A DNA stretch of 62,541 nt, counting the filler, from Basidioascus undulatus (Eukaryota), in NCBI GenBank assembly GCA_000826855.1. It is 4 parts of 4 records of this genome, joined end to end, with 100 filler letters (N's around TTAATTAATTAA, not from the genome) between each part and the next. Parts side by side here need not be neighbours in the genome. Positions count along the whole stretch, not along the records: positions 31,364 to 46,910 come from JTLS01000639.1; positions 47,011 to 62,541 come from JTLS01000641.1; 2 more parts are not named here. One strand, written 5' to 3'. The translations under genes and the position numbers were made by a program. This document shows, one piece after another, positions 40,607 to 52,789 of this stretch. The notes under the pieces were generated by a model. The model was not told the origin of the DNA. It searched no databases and saw only the letters and a program-made list of their open reading frames with translations. Within the stretch, counting starts at the first letter, position 1, and every line of letters starts with the position of its first letter.

Positions 40607-41806
40607 TTAAATAGGTTCTTCAAAGAAATCCATCGGATTGCAATCAGTAAGGAGGCTCGGGACTGTTAGACGGTGGTGTTCCAAGTGGTCCTTTCGCCGC
40701 GGCTTTTCAATCGAATTAATCTCAACAACATCCCTCGATTCCTGGACCGGGCAGCGCCAAGAATGCCGAAGCAAAAATCGTTCCCGTATCGATAAAATGG
40801 GACTTCCCATGGACCACAACTTGAAAACCGCTCTTGTAAACCGATTTATCGCAGTGCGCCCCGTCCGCAGGCAGGAAGCGGCAGACCGAACACTGCGACG
40901 CCAGGCGTAAGTGTTCATGGACAGGGAGGCAAAGGAGGGTCTGGCTCTTTCCTGATGTGAGAAATTACAAAATTTCAAAGTTTGCACGCCCATGACCCCA
41001 CTCGTAACCCTACTCGTCAAGCTCCCAGAGCGTTCCGTCGATGACACGGTCTTCGAACCAATTGGCTGGCCTTCTCACCGACGGCAAATACCATTCCAAC
41101 ACCACCACATCGATCCTGCGGGTGGGGGGAGAACCTAATTGATCTGGGCCGGAAAGCCGCCTTCACATTTGGATCGTTCGCAGCGATGCCTAAGATCAAT
41201 CTCTTCAACGCTGGCGCCTACAAAAGAAACCGCATGAGCGGGGCCCTGGCTTCGTCGTCGAAGAGCCAGCTCTCGTCTGCGCGGCTGAGTGCGAGATAAG
41301 GGAGGCAGGGCATTCCTAGAAGGGTTTCCAAGACTTCTGGCAACTGGAAATGTTTGGAAAGAGGCGATGCGTATAAAGGTCAGCAGCGCCGCTGGATTGC
41401 CGTCCCACCCCCAAAAACCATGGTGGAGAATGGCAAGCTCTTTAAGCAATTCTCATCAATAGTCTCCCCGTGATCAGGCTCGGCAGAGCGGAGGTCTTCG
41501 ACAGGGTTGCGATCACTCGCTCCGGCATCGACCAGGAACCGAGCACCGCCAAGGCAGTAAGTAGTCTTGAGCCAAGAGCTGCTGGTTCGCTTCCGCTGTA
41601 CGATGAAGCAATTTGAGTTAAACACTAGTGGGGAGCGTGATGGATTCGTAGAGCAGGGGTGTGGCGAGCGCGTTGAAAGCGCGCGAAACGAGACAAAGCG
41701 AGGCGAGCCTGGCCGAGTCCCAAGTGTACGCGAGGGGGTGCGAGGGCGTCCCTGCTTCGGCGATGACGAGCGCGTGGATATCGAAAGGCAACGCAGGGCG
41801 CGACAT
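40607..41806 (-). pseudogene. F-box-like gene with stops and frameshifts; 3' end approximate
   Basis: MSRPALPFDIHALVI...LASLCLVSRAFNALATPLLYESITL, then TAA at 41618; later LKELAILH and LKRLILG fragments lie in different frames. Confidence 0.65.
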
Positions 41807-42605
41807 CAGGAAACGATGTGATGATATTCGAGAGATAAAGCTGGGGACGGGGAGCGGGAGACGATAGGATGATGACAGTCGGGGACAAAGGAGCGCAGGC
41901 GAAGCCATTCAGCCGAGCCGACGAGCTTGACAAGCCCGGCTGACCTAAGCTGGCCGTCAGTATTATGGAGGTTTGACTACATGTACAATTTGCAGCCGTC
42001 TTGCCTACCTACCCACATACACCCCGTAACATCGCCGACCCGTGCAGCTAGCAGCAGACACGTCCGATCAGGTGGAAGCGGGGGAGCTGGAAGTGGGGTA
42101 TACAACTTGCCAGCAACTCCGATGAGGAAGAAGCAGAACATTAAGACAAAGAGAGGAAGCGAATGGAGGCACACCGTACCGGAGATGGGTGAGGATATAA
42201 GAGAGTGGAGATGTAGGTAGTGCCGGCATTTGTTCGGCGCAGCCCTTATCTGTAATGCGACAGGGAACATTCAAGGGGAAGGGAAATATAACAGAAGCAG
42301 AAAGATGCACTCACAAGGTCGTTCATCAGTCCAGCCACACCGGGTGCTTCGTCCGACCGCGTTCGCTCTGTGAGCAGGCTGCAGACACGGTCAACACAAG
42401 AATAAGCCTAGGTCTGGGTTACTATAAAAATCCATGGGCTTTCTCGAGCCAATACGCACGCATGCACGCATAGCCAGCGTGCCCATGAAACATTTCATGG
42501 GATGCAGAAGATTGCGAGTGAATGTGGTGATCGAGAGATTGTGTGTGAAAGCCGCTGGAAAGCGGAAAGAGTCCAGATCGTTTAGAAGAGAACGCCGAGG
42601 CATGT

Positions 42606-43887
42606 TCAGAGGTTGTAACGGCTCTTGAGGTGCCGCCACCAGTCGCGCAGCATCCATCCGTCGAAGTCCCTAGCCAAGAGATTCAAGTCCTCAGCATGCG
42701 CCTTATGGGAAAATATATGACAACCAAACACTTACGTGATCTGGAATGCAGTGCCCGCCCACATGATGAAGGAGGTTTGGCCGGTCGGCTGCCAGTCATA
42801 GAAGTCGTCCTGTGCAGGAAGGGGGAGTGAGGAACAAGCGTTTCAACTGATTAGTGGCGCTGCGCTTACCAGATCAAAGTAGTGACCCTGTAAACAGAGC
42901 ACCAATGTGCTGTCAGCACTTGAACACTCTGGGAAGGCGCAACCGCTTACCATCTCGCGCAGGCGTCAACCACAACGAAAGGGCGTAGTGGTGGTCAACG
43001 CCGCCCTTGCAGTTGGAGTAATCGCTGTCTTGGTGGTAGAAGCTGTGCGCAAAACAAGCGTCCATTCAGCCTAACGAGGGCGGTCAGAGCTAGATGAAAC
43101 TTACCGTCCACAGGCAAGGTCGCACGCCGGTGCGCCGCCGTCGGTGATCCCCTCGTAGACGTCGTACCCATCGATGCTTCCCTCGATCAGGGCCGAGTCG
43201 TTCGCTGCACGTGCTACGAGTTTAACGGGCACCTCAGAGAACGGGAAACCTAGCAGAGAAGAAGGGTTAGCCACTGAATGTCTTTGTCGCTTGGGTTAAG
43301 CATACCGTCAAAGCCGACGAGCCAGTCAATCCATTGCTTCGTTTGCTTCTGCAGCGCCCCCTCGATGTCCGCACGGTTCTGAGCCGTGAGGGTCTTCGTT
43401 GAATCTCACCGGACGCAGAAAGAGAGCGAGCCGCCGGGCGCGATAACCTGGTCGTAGCCCGCACAGCAGCCGGTCCAATGATCAGAAGACTGGCGGTAAA
43501 CTCGGCAGGAGCTCATGAGCTTTTGAAAACGTACCGTAGTTCTTGAAGTCCATGTTGCAGGTCTCAGTCTCGTGCTTTCAGAATTCCTCAAGCGGCTGGA
43601 CAAATGACAGCGAGAAAACTTCTTCAGCGTGTTCTTCACGAAAAGGAGGTAGCATGACGTACGGTCCGACGTCGGATCCCAGGTGGCAGTCTTGTTCACT
43701 TGAGCGTCCCAGTGCTGGTCGGCTCGGCGCCTGTGGACGTCGTCGTAGTGGGGCCCGAGGAGAAGCTGGCTGCGGGCGAGCTGGAAAAGCCGCAGGCGGC
43801 TTGACGCCGGTGAAGCGGGTACGCCCCGACGCCGGCGCCGCAAGCGAGAAGACCCGAAAGGAGAGTGAGGGACAGAGTGGAATGCGT
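42606..43887 (-). pseudogene. Secreted neutral zinc metallopeptidase-like gene (HExGH..DDFYDW type), disabled
   Basis: Signal-like HSTLSLTLLSGLLACGAGVGA, FKNYG/YDQV, CVR*DS, WIDWLVGFDGFPF, CDLACGRFYHQDSDYSNCKGG, SLWLT, LREM/GHYFDL/DDFYDWQPTG, TDFDGWMLRDWWRHLKSRY. Start codon is ACG; TGA at 43578 and 43406; one acceptor reads GG. Confidence 0.8.
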
Positions 43888-43959
43888 CGCGCAGCGATGG
43901 AAGAGAGAATGAAGGGAGCAAAGGAACTGAGAAGCACTAAGCTGGGAGCGTACCCGCTC

Positions 43960-43965
43960 TTTATA
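43960..43965 (-). promoter_or_regulatory. TATA box (TATAAA) upstream of the metallopeptidase pseudogene
   Basis: About 73 nt upstream of the presumed start, followed by a pyrimidine-rich leader. Confidence 0.55.
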
Positions 43966-44556
43966 CCTCGAGACGACGAGGCTTTTTGTGCGCTCAGAAC
44001 CAAAAATAACTCTTAGACTCCTTGGCACAATCTCGAGTACCATTCCAGAACCATGTAGCTGCAGGAAGCGGTCCAAAGCCGCATCGAGATCGCGCCGAAG
44101 CTCGCTCCGCGTGGGCTTCGGCAGTCTTCCATGTCCCTTGCCCCTCGCTTCATATCCCCTTCATATCCCCACTCTCACCTCCACCGATCAGATACACCAT
44201 GAGCTCAAACAGCGGGGTACAATAATTCTCCGTACTCAAAGTGGGACCAGCTTTTGAGGGGTCGGCGGACACTGCGCTAGACTACTCAGGCATCGCCTTC
44301 CCAGCCAGCTCACTGCTCAAGCGTCCTCGGTGGCTGATACCCCGCATCAAGCGCTTGAAAGCCCAGAGAGATCGAGAGTCAGCAGCGCGTATTAAAACCC
44401 CTTCCCTCAAGTCCTGAATGACCAGAACAATAGAGAATGCGTGCGCGAGTGTGTGTGTATATGCGAACATGCGAATGAAAACATGCGCCCGCCGTCCTTC
44501 CACGTCCCTAACCCCAAAAACCCCAAAGCAATATAGAATCCCACTCCCCTAAGGGC

Positions 44557-45966
44557 TCACCACCCAACCCTCCTCCTCGCCTCCCTCTGCCCTACCATCC
44601 CCACCGGGGGGGGCTCTAGCCTCCCTCCCCCTCCCCACCTCTCCCTCCGTTCCTCCCAAACCGGCTCCGTCCTCTCCTCCCTCCACCCCGCCCTTCCCTC
44701 TTCCCAGCCCCTCTCCTTCCCTGCTGCCCCACCCCCCACGTTCCGCAGAGCCCACAGCACCCCCACAACGCCCAGCACGAACCCGGCCCCGCGCCAGCCG
44801 AGCTCGCCGGCGAAGCCTTCCAAGATCTCCGCGAACGCTGCGGCGCCCACGCGGGCTATACCGACGGCGGAGGGGTCGCGCGTCATGCACGCCTCCCAGG
44901 CGGCGCAGGCTTCTTCGGAGATGGGTACGCGGGTCGAGGGGTCGCAGTTGTTGAGCCTGTAGGAGCGAGCGCAGGAGGAGGACTCGGCGGTCATGGCTGC
45001 GTCCATCCCAGTCTTATCAGCCCCTGCCTTGATGAGCCAACGGAGAGATAAAAAAGGGGACATGGTGCGGGGTGGAGACGGGAAGGGAACGGCGAAGGGG
45101 AACGCAGGGAGAAGGCGAGTGCGATAGGAAAGGAAAGGTAGGGAGAGAGGGAAGGGGGAAGAGCAAACGCACCGGCCGTGTATAAATGGACCTTATGCTC
45201 CACATCGCTCAAGATCGTCCTTACCAACCGGAGCGTGAGCATGCTCACTCCGAACAGGAGGAACGCCGTGAACGCGCTCCGCGCGTAGGACGAGATGAGC
45301 TGCGGGAGGTCGTGCGCGGACCACCCTTGCGCGGGATGGGCGGCGGGGAAGGAGGGGGAGAAGGAGGATGGGTGGCGGGAGGAGGGGGAGAGGGAGAGCG
45401 TGTGGTGGACGTGGCGGGTTTTGGGGGTGTCCTGGGAGGGAAGGACGTTGTGAGGTGAAGAGGGGGGTAGGGGAGAAGGGGAGAGGGCGTACGGAGGTAG
45501 AAGACCCATACCCGTCCTCGTCGCTCTCCTCCGGCTCCTCATCCGACGCATTCCCCCCGCGCCTCCTTTCCCGTCGCCTCCGCCTCTCCCTTTCCCTCCG
45601 GCTCCTCACAACCGCCCCACCAGCCATCTTCATTCTCCCCTTTTCCCCCTCCCCCTCCTCCGACGCCGCCGCGTCCCGCATCTCCACTTCCCCCAACCCC
45701 AGCGCCGTCTTGGCATCAAACTTCCAGAACCCGCCCTCAAACTCCTGGGGCGGAGGAGGCGGCGCAGAGGGGGCGTGGAAGAGGAAGGGGGCGTTGGAGA
45801 AGTGCGGCGGTGGGTGGGAGGAGGAGGCGAGGGCGGCGAAGGGCGAGGGCTGGGAGGAGAGGAGCGAGTGCGGCCTTTTCCGGGGAGGGGAGAGAGGTGG
45901 GGAAGAGGGCGAAGGGGAAGTGTAGGTGAAGTCCATCGGGGCGGCGGTGGAGCGGCCGTAGGACAT
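44557..45966 (-). CDS. Brr6/Brl1-family nuclear envelope protein
   Basis: A TM segment (SAFTAFLLFGVSMLTL), the four-Cys luminal motif CARSYRLNNCDPSTRVPISEEACAAWEACMTRDP, and a second TM (AGFVLGVVGVLW). Confidence 0.88.
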
Positions 45967-46648
45967 GCTGGGCTGCGAGGGGAGAGGATCGTCAGCTTCG
46001 GCCAGGGCGCGTTTAGATTTGGTGGTACTGTCGGGTTCCGGCGCTAGATGTGAGAGATTTAGCGCGGCTTGGGAGACCCACAGCCTTCCCAATATCCCCA
46101 GCGACCAGGCTCTGTACGCTCGCGAGAGAGAAGGCCAGGCGCTCTCCCCCGTTCGTTCCTCAAGTGCCCGCGCCAGCTCCCCACCCGGCCTACGCTCCCC
46201 ATCCACACCACATCGCGTACTCACCAGCTAGACCTCCGTACCACACGCTCAGAGGAGATTGAGATTAAAGATGCAAGATGCAGGAAGCGCTATGCGAAGG
46301 TTACGTGGATGGATGAGATGAAGGAGAGAAGGTGGCGCGTGCACCGTGGAGGAGCGCGAGGCCAGGCGGAGGGTCGCAAGGTCGAAAGTCAATCGACTCG
46401 CGGGGTGGACGCGGCGGATCCCTCGGCGGCTCACTCGTTCGCCTGCCTTTCCCACTGACTCTAATACGGAATTTCATATGCAGCCGTAGTTATTTGTTCC
46501 TTGAGTCTGACTGCTATGTAAAGGCAAACGGAAGTTCATTTCGGCTTAAGCGTCAGGGCTAACGCCGAAACGCACACGCGCAGCGCGTCCTCGTCGCCTT
46601 CTCTCCGCCCCTTCCACCTTCCCCTTCAGCGCTTCCCAGACTGCAGCG

Positions 46649-46910
46649 ATGGCGGACGCAACGAGTGAGTAACACGCCTAAGCCTAACGGGTTAATTACT
46701 GGGTTAATTACTGACGCTGGCATTGGCTCGTGCAGACCAGTACGACCTCCCCTCCTCGCCCTCGGACGCGATCTCGTCCGTCCACTTCTCGCCGACCGAG
46801 CCCGACAAGCTGCTCGTAACGTCCTGGGACTCCGTCTGTCTCCCTCCCCCTTCCTTTCCACCCCCCCTACTCGCCCTCCCCCACTGCTTTCTTCTGCTCT
46901 CTTCCGGCCC
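46649..46910 (+). CDS. BUB3: Bub3-like WD40 spindle checkpoint protein, 5' end only
   Basis: MADATN/QYDLPSSPSDAISSVHFSPTEPDKLLVTSWDS. Rae1 cannot be fully excluded from about 38 aa. Confidence 0.65.
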
Positions 46911-47010
46911 NNNNNNNNNNNNNNNNNNNNNNNNNNNNNNNNNNNNNNNNNNNNTTAATTAATTAANNNNNNNNNNNNNNNNNNNNNNNNNNNNNNNNNN
47001 NNNNNNNNNN
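46911..47010. other. Artificial contig spacer N44-TTAATTAATTAA-N44
   Basis: Same linker. Confidence 0.99.
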
Positions 47011-48640
47011 ATTGGAGCGAGACGGCGGCGACCATGGCGCACACGAACGCTTGCCAGAGCGTCGAGGCGGGGAAGAGGTGGATGTCGAGTTCCTGTACGG
47101 TAGTTGTCAGTCGTGTGGGAACGGATGCTTGGGAGGGTGGAGGAGCAACGCACTTCGAGGGCAAACAGAACACCTGGGGGATTGGAAGGAAGATGATCAG
47201 AGATTGGCGCGGGGGTTCAGGAATGTGAATGAGATGATGACGGACCGCCAAGAGGGGCGCCGAACGCGACGGACACGCCGGCAGCTGCTGTGGCAGAGTA
47301 GAGCTGCCTTTTTCGGGCTGTTGATCACATGCGAATGAGGATGAGGTGTCAGGGAACGATCGGACGGAAAGATGCCAAAGCACAGCAGAAACGCACATTC
47401 GTTCGCGCTCCATCCGACGAGCTTGAAGCGGTGCAAGGAGCGCACGAGCGCGTCAGAGATACAGCATGCGACGTGGATCAGGGGCTGCATTCGTGAGGCA
47501 AAGTCAGCTAAAGCGAAGCGCCTGGTCTGTGCTAAGGAAAGCACGACGCACCCCCTCTTTGCCGAGGCTCAGCCCCGACGCGACGGACAGGCTGAGGCCG
47601 ATCGCTTTGATGAGGAGGACGATGGGACTGAGGAAGCCGGGGAGGATGAGCCCGCCGAGGATGGACTTGATCTCCGGGAGGCCGGTGTGGAAGGCGCTGG
47701 AGGAGGAGGATTGGAATGTCAGAAGAGCTTGTCGGAGGGGGCAGAGGAAAGGGGAGCGAACGGAACTAGGGAGCGTAGGTTTGGACGAGGACGGCAGCGC
47801 TTGTTGCGAAGATGCCCTGCGGGAGTGAGGGGTGCGGTCAGGATGTTGGGAGAAGAAAAGACGTAGGTGGGAGACGGGGTCAAAGGCAGCAGGTACGCAC
47901 TGCGGTGCCGAAGTAGATGAGGTACTGCACCATGGTAGTGCCGAGGAGGTTGGAGATGCCCAACGCGGAGGCATAAGTCTGCCATTCGTCGCAAACCTCG
48001 CCAGCTGCAGGGGAACGGCTGCACATGAGCGAAAGCGCGCTGGGAGTGGGGAGGGACGGCGCACGATCTGAGCCTGCGCAACAGGCTGCGCGCTGGGCGA
48101 GGAAGGAGGTGGTGCAGTAGCCGGTTCGGAGGTCGGCCAGATAGGAAGCGAGGACGTCGAGACTGGCAGCGAGGAGGCCGGTGATTATGCCTGTGGGGTT
48201 GCTTGAGCGTGCGGGAACTTAGAGGACAGTGAATGGGACCTACCGCTGATGACCAGCACCACCCACACCGCACTCTGATCCCATATCCTCCCCCACACGC
48301 CGGCCAGGCCTGGCTTGGCGTTGAGCTCGACAAGCCTGGCGCGCTCGCGTGCTTCTTCGAGGGGCCAGTCGATGGTGTCGCCCTTGGCGTACTGGGGCGG
48401 TGCGGGGGTGTCGAAGGAGGGGAGGGAGGGGGAGGGCAGCGGGTGTGGAATGCCGTTGAGGGAGAAGGAGCGGAGGTGGTTGGAGGGGGAGAGTGCGCGC
48501 TTGGGGCGGGGCGAGTACGGGTCCGGGTCGAGGTGGGAGGAGGACGTGGACGCGATGGGTGTGGAGAGGTCGCCGTCGGGTTCGGCGGCGAAGGGCGAGG
48601 AGGGCCGATGGTTGGGCCGCACCGGGGTCGCCGGGGCCAT
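47011..48640 (-). CDS. CLC chloride channel/antiporter (Gef1/ClC-3 type), 3' truncated
   Basis: [81 protein letters not shown]. Confidence 0.92.
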
Positions 48641-48946
48641 GCCGGTCGATGAGAATGAGGAAAACAATGGAGAGGATGGGGGTGGAGATGGGCAGAGTGC
48701 TGGCTGGGGAGATGATGGCCATAGCAAGCGGGGATGGGCGAGGACGGGTCACGTGCAGTTGAATGACAGGACGCGCGCGCTGTGTTGCTTTCCCAGCCGC
48801 CGCCTCTCCCTTCTCCACCACGCACGACTGCCTGCAGCCCACCTTTCTCTTTTCTTCAGGCACAACGGCGTATTACGTTAGACACGTATTATAAGTAGTC
48901 GGATAAGCTGACCTGCAAGTTGAATCCGCTGTTGGAGGACTGAGAG

Positions 48947-51941
48947 ATGGACGCTGCCAACGTATGCTCCTCCCCTCCGCCTCGATCCCTGTGACCTGGA
49001 TCTCACTCAACCCGCATCCTTCTGTCCAGCGCTCGCGTCTCCCTCAGCCGCGATCCAACAACGCCCTCTCCTCGTCCTCGTCTTCCTTCTCTCTCCCCAA
49101 ACCGAGCACCACCACCGCCGCCTCCTCCCTCAAGCGCAAGCTCACCTCGACTACCGGCAACGCCGCCCCATCCTCATCCGCCCTCACCGCCTCCGCCTCG
49201 ACCTCAAGACTCCCCACGACCAACCCGGGCTCCGTCGGCCGCGTAACTCGCACCGCGTCAGGCTATAAGACGTCCGCCTCCGCCTCATCCTCCCTCACTG
49301 TCCCCCGCGCCCCGGGTCTCTCCACGTCCTCCCGCGCCCGCGGCGGATCGGCGAGCGCGGGGAGGGTCGTCAAGGCCAGCACTGCTGCGGCGATGGGTGT
49401 TGGCAGGCGGGGGGCAGGCTCGGAGAACGTGGACCCTGTCAGGCGGGTCGGGGGAGTGCGCAAGACTCCACCTTCCACAGCGGTCAAGGTGCGCTTTCTC
49501 TGTTTCTGCAGCTTGAGTTGGAGAATGGGGGTGGGCTGATGGGCTGATGGTGTTCGGCGCGATTGAAACAGAGACCGGCGCTGGCTGCGTGTTCAAGCCG
49601 CGCATCAAGCTCGGAGACGCCGGATGAGGGTCGCTTTGCCGAGCTGCAGAAGGAGTGGGAGACCAAGTGGGGGTCCATGACGGAAGCGCTGGCAGGCGAA
49701 CAAGCGAAGAGTGTGTTTCTTCCCACCTACGTCCACCCATCTTCCCTCTATCGCAAGCCCAACTCAGCTGTCGCTCCCGCCCCCAGTCGCCGAGCTCCTC
49801 TCCCTCCGACAGCGCGTAGAGGAGATCACGACGAAAGCCGTGAACCGACGGCAGTCGCTCGCGTCGGACGAGCAAGTCTCGACGCTTAAGAACCGCCATG
49901 CCCGCGAGCTGGACGACCTCCGAAACGACCACGAGCGCGAGGTGGAGCAACTCCGGCGAGAGCTTGCGCGTACGCGCCGCGAGCGGGACGACCTTGAGGG
50001 GGACCTCGAGCGCGAGCGGGAGGTGATGCGGACCTTGAAGGTGCGCTCATGTCCATGGTTCAAAGGGGCTTCTTGATACTGAGGAGCGCGACGGGGACGA
50101 CGGCAGACGACGATCTCCCAAAACTCCGCCAACAGCCTGACGCTCGAGTCGACCGTGCAGACCCTCAAGCTCTCCCTCTCCGCGGCAGAGCAGACGATTG
50201 CCTCCCACCTCTTGACCATCTCCGCGCGGGACGCCTCGCTCGCCTCGTCCTCCGCGCTCGCCTCTTCCCTCGAAGCGGAGCTGCGGCAAGCCGAGACGCA
50301 CCGCCGGCGGCTGCACAACCAGATCCAGGAGCTCAAGGGTAACATCCGCGTGTTCGCGCGCGTGCGCCCCACCCTCCCGCGCGATGGTGCCGACGCCGCG
50401 CTCGCGCGCCTCGACTTCCCCGACTCGGCGAGCCGCGAAGGCGGGAAGGAGATTAGGGTCCTCAGCGACGCGGAGAGCGCGGACGGACGCGCGAGGGAAC
50501 AGGTGTTTGGGTTTGGGTTCGATAGAGTGTTTGGGCCCCAGACCCAGCAGGCGGATGTGTTTGAGGAGATTGAGGGGCTCGCGCAGAGCGTGCTGGACGG
50601 GTACAACGTGAGTGGGCTGGCTCGCTTCGCAATCACAGGCGCTTATGAGACTGGCTACAGGTCTGCATCTTTGCCTATGGTCAAACGGGTTCGGGCAAGT
50701 CGTGGACGATGGAGGGTGACGGCGTGAGCTTCTGCATTCCTCCCAAATCCGCTCTACTCTTCCTCGCCGGCTGACGATTCGCTCTTCATCCCTCACACAG
50801 ACGACCGGCCAGCCCACGTCGGGCATGATCCCTCGCGCGATCGAGCAGGTCTTCTCGACAACTAAGAACCTCGCCGACAAGGGCTGGTCGTACATCATGG
50901 AGGGCCAGTACCTCGAGATCGTCCGTCCTCGCTCAGCCCTCTACTCTTCGCTTTGTCCTGCGCGCTGCTGACGCCGAGTGTGGGGGTTCTGGGCGACAGT
51001 ACAACGAAACGATCAACGACCTTCTCGGCTCGGCGGAGATTGACAAGCAAAAGCACAATATCAACCACGACGCCAAGTCTGGCCGCACGACCGTCTCGGA
51101 AGTCGTGAACTGTGCGCATGCCCTCCCATCGCCTCACTCTTGAGTCTTTTGAGTTACGGAGCTTACACGCCCTGCCTGCTCCCACCTCAGTGCCCCTCGA
51201 AACGCCCGAGCAAGTCCACGCGCTGCTGAGCAAGGCCAAGAAGCGGCGTGCCGTCGCAGCGACGCTCATGAACGAGCGCTCGTCGCGCTCGCACAGCCTC
51301 TTTTCGCTCCGCCTCGTCGGCACAAACTCAATCACGGGCGAGGCGTGCGAAGGCAAGTCTCCCCTTCCTATCAAATAAGATGCTGTCTGGCTAACCGCGG
51401 CCCCCGGTCATGATAGGCGTGCTCAACCTCATCGACCTCGCCGGGTCGGAGCGCCTGAGCTCCTCGGGCGCCGGCGCGGACGCGACGCGCCTCAGGGAGA
51501 CGCAGAGCATCAACAAGAGCCTCTCGGCCCTCGCGGACGTTATCTCTGCGCTCGGCACGCCCGGCGCGCACGTCCCGTACAGGAACAGCAAGCTCACGTA
51601 CCTCCTCCAAAACTCGCTCAACTCCAACTCCAAGACCCTCGTGCGCACCCCACTCCTTCTTTCAACTCGCACGCACAGTAACCACCGGCGCGACGCTGAC
51701 GTGTTGGATATTGAACGCCTCTCACGCAGATGTTCCTCAACTTGAGCCCGCTCCAGGCGCACCTCGGCGAGTCGCTCTGCTCCCTGAGGTTCGCAACGAA
51801 GGTGAGTCTGCCTTCCCAACCAAGCGCAAGACCGAGCCGCAACTCAATTTATGTGCGCGGTGCGCTTTGTTGCAACAGGTCAACAACACGACGATCGGCA
51901 CCGCCCGCGTCAACAAGACCATCAAAGCTTCGTCTGCTTGA
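48947..51941 (+). CDS. KAR3: Kinesin-14 minus-end motor (Kar3/Klp2/NCD type)
   Basis: C-terminal motor with neck [24 protein letters not shown]-loop [52 protein letters not shown]. Confidence 0.95.
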
Positions 51942-52789
51942 GGGCGACGGCGTTTGCTCGTGGACGATGTACCTTTTTCCTCGCGTGTATGGAAGACTTT
52001 CGTTTTATACCTATCTTGTATTCTATTCCTTTCGGGATGTTCTTTCGGACGTGAGACGATTGTTGCGCGTACATGGCTGTCTTGGATGCCAGCTTCAGTG
52101 AAGGCAGGTAGCAGAGAAGCGCAGTGTGGTCGTCGACAACGTAACGCCCCAGACAATGTTTCCGATTACTTGTCCATGAGAGAATGTCAGTCGCATTGCA
52201 TGTGCCGCCAGATCTGTGCTGAGGCGCGTGGCCAGCTAGCACTGCATCGCCTTTCTTTCGAGCTGCCAAAATCGCACATCAAGGCACTTATATTCATGAC
52301 TGCTACACTCAGCTATATAGGCATTCCTTCCGCTCGAAGTTCTCCCGACTGTCTACTCATAATCAACTTCAGGGCGAGATTGGTGGACGAGGAAAGATGA
52401 CAGCCAGGTATGAAACGAGCTGTAGTTGAAATTCGAATGAATACCGAGCCCGTATCACCCAGTTTCCAGTAAATGTACCATTAATTCCCTCTACAAGTGT
52501 TGCCGGGCAGCAGGCGATACTTTTGAAGACAGGTGCCGAAGACCCATCCAGGCTTGCCGGTAGCGCTTGCATCATTTGTGAGAGTTGTAAGACAGACAAG
52601 AAGCATGATTGAACGGGAACATGAACACCAACAGCGATATATCAAAACATTCGAGTATTACATGAGCTCGAACCAGAGGACAGAAGAATGAATTAGGGTA
52701 AAGCGCAACAATGCTCTTGTTTTGTCTTTCGAGAGAACCCAACGACATGTTCACAGAGCCAAGTCCATGACTCCGGGTATCCTTGGCGC

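Noticed and set aside
33879..43580. TGA at apparent Trp positions, suggesting UGA=Trp recoding, selenocysteine or A-to-I stop repair
   Set aside because: Intact genes use TGG for Trp and TGA as stop (SPC24, KAR3, Rae1-like). The affected genes also carry frameshifts, a deletion or lost splice sites that recoding could not repair.
44505..44530. CCCTAA/CCCCAAA runs resembling telomeric repeats
   Set aside because: Only one CCCTAA in an irregular run, located in the BRR6/BRL1 3' region.
31398..46910. The Rae1-like 3' fragment and the Bub3-like 5' fragment at opposite ends of contig 3 being one gene on a circular element
   Set aside because: No terminal overlap, different apparent subfamilies and divergence levels, and ordinary chromosomal gene content.
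15597..47010. TTAATTAATTAA repeated three times at about 15.6-kb spacing, and a single window-wide mitotic gene cluster
   Set aside because: The motif sits inside N-runs and separates length-sorted contigs. It is a concatenation linker, so linkage across it is not biological evidence.
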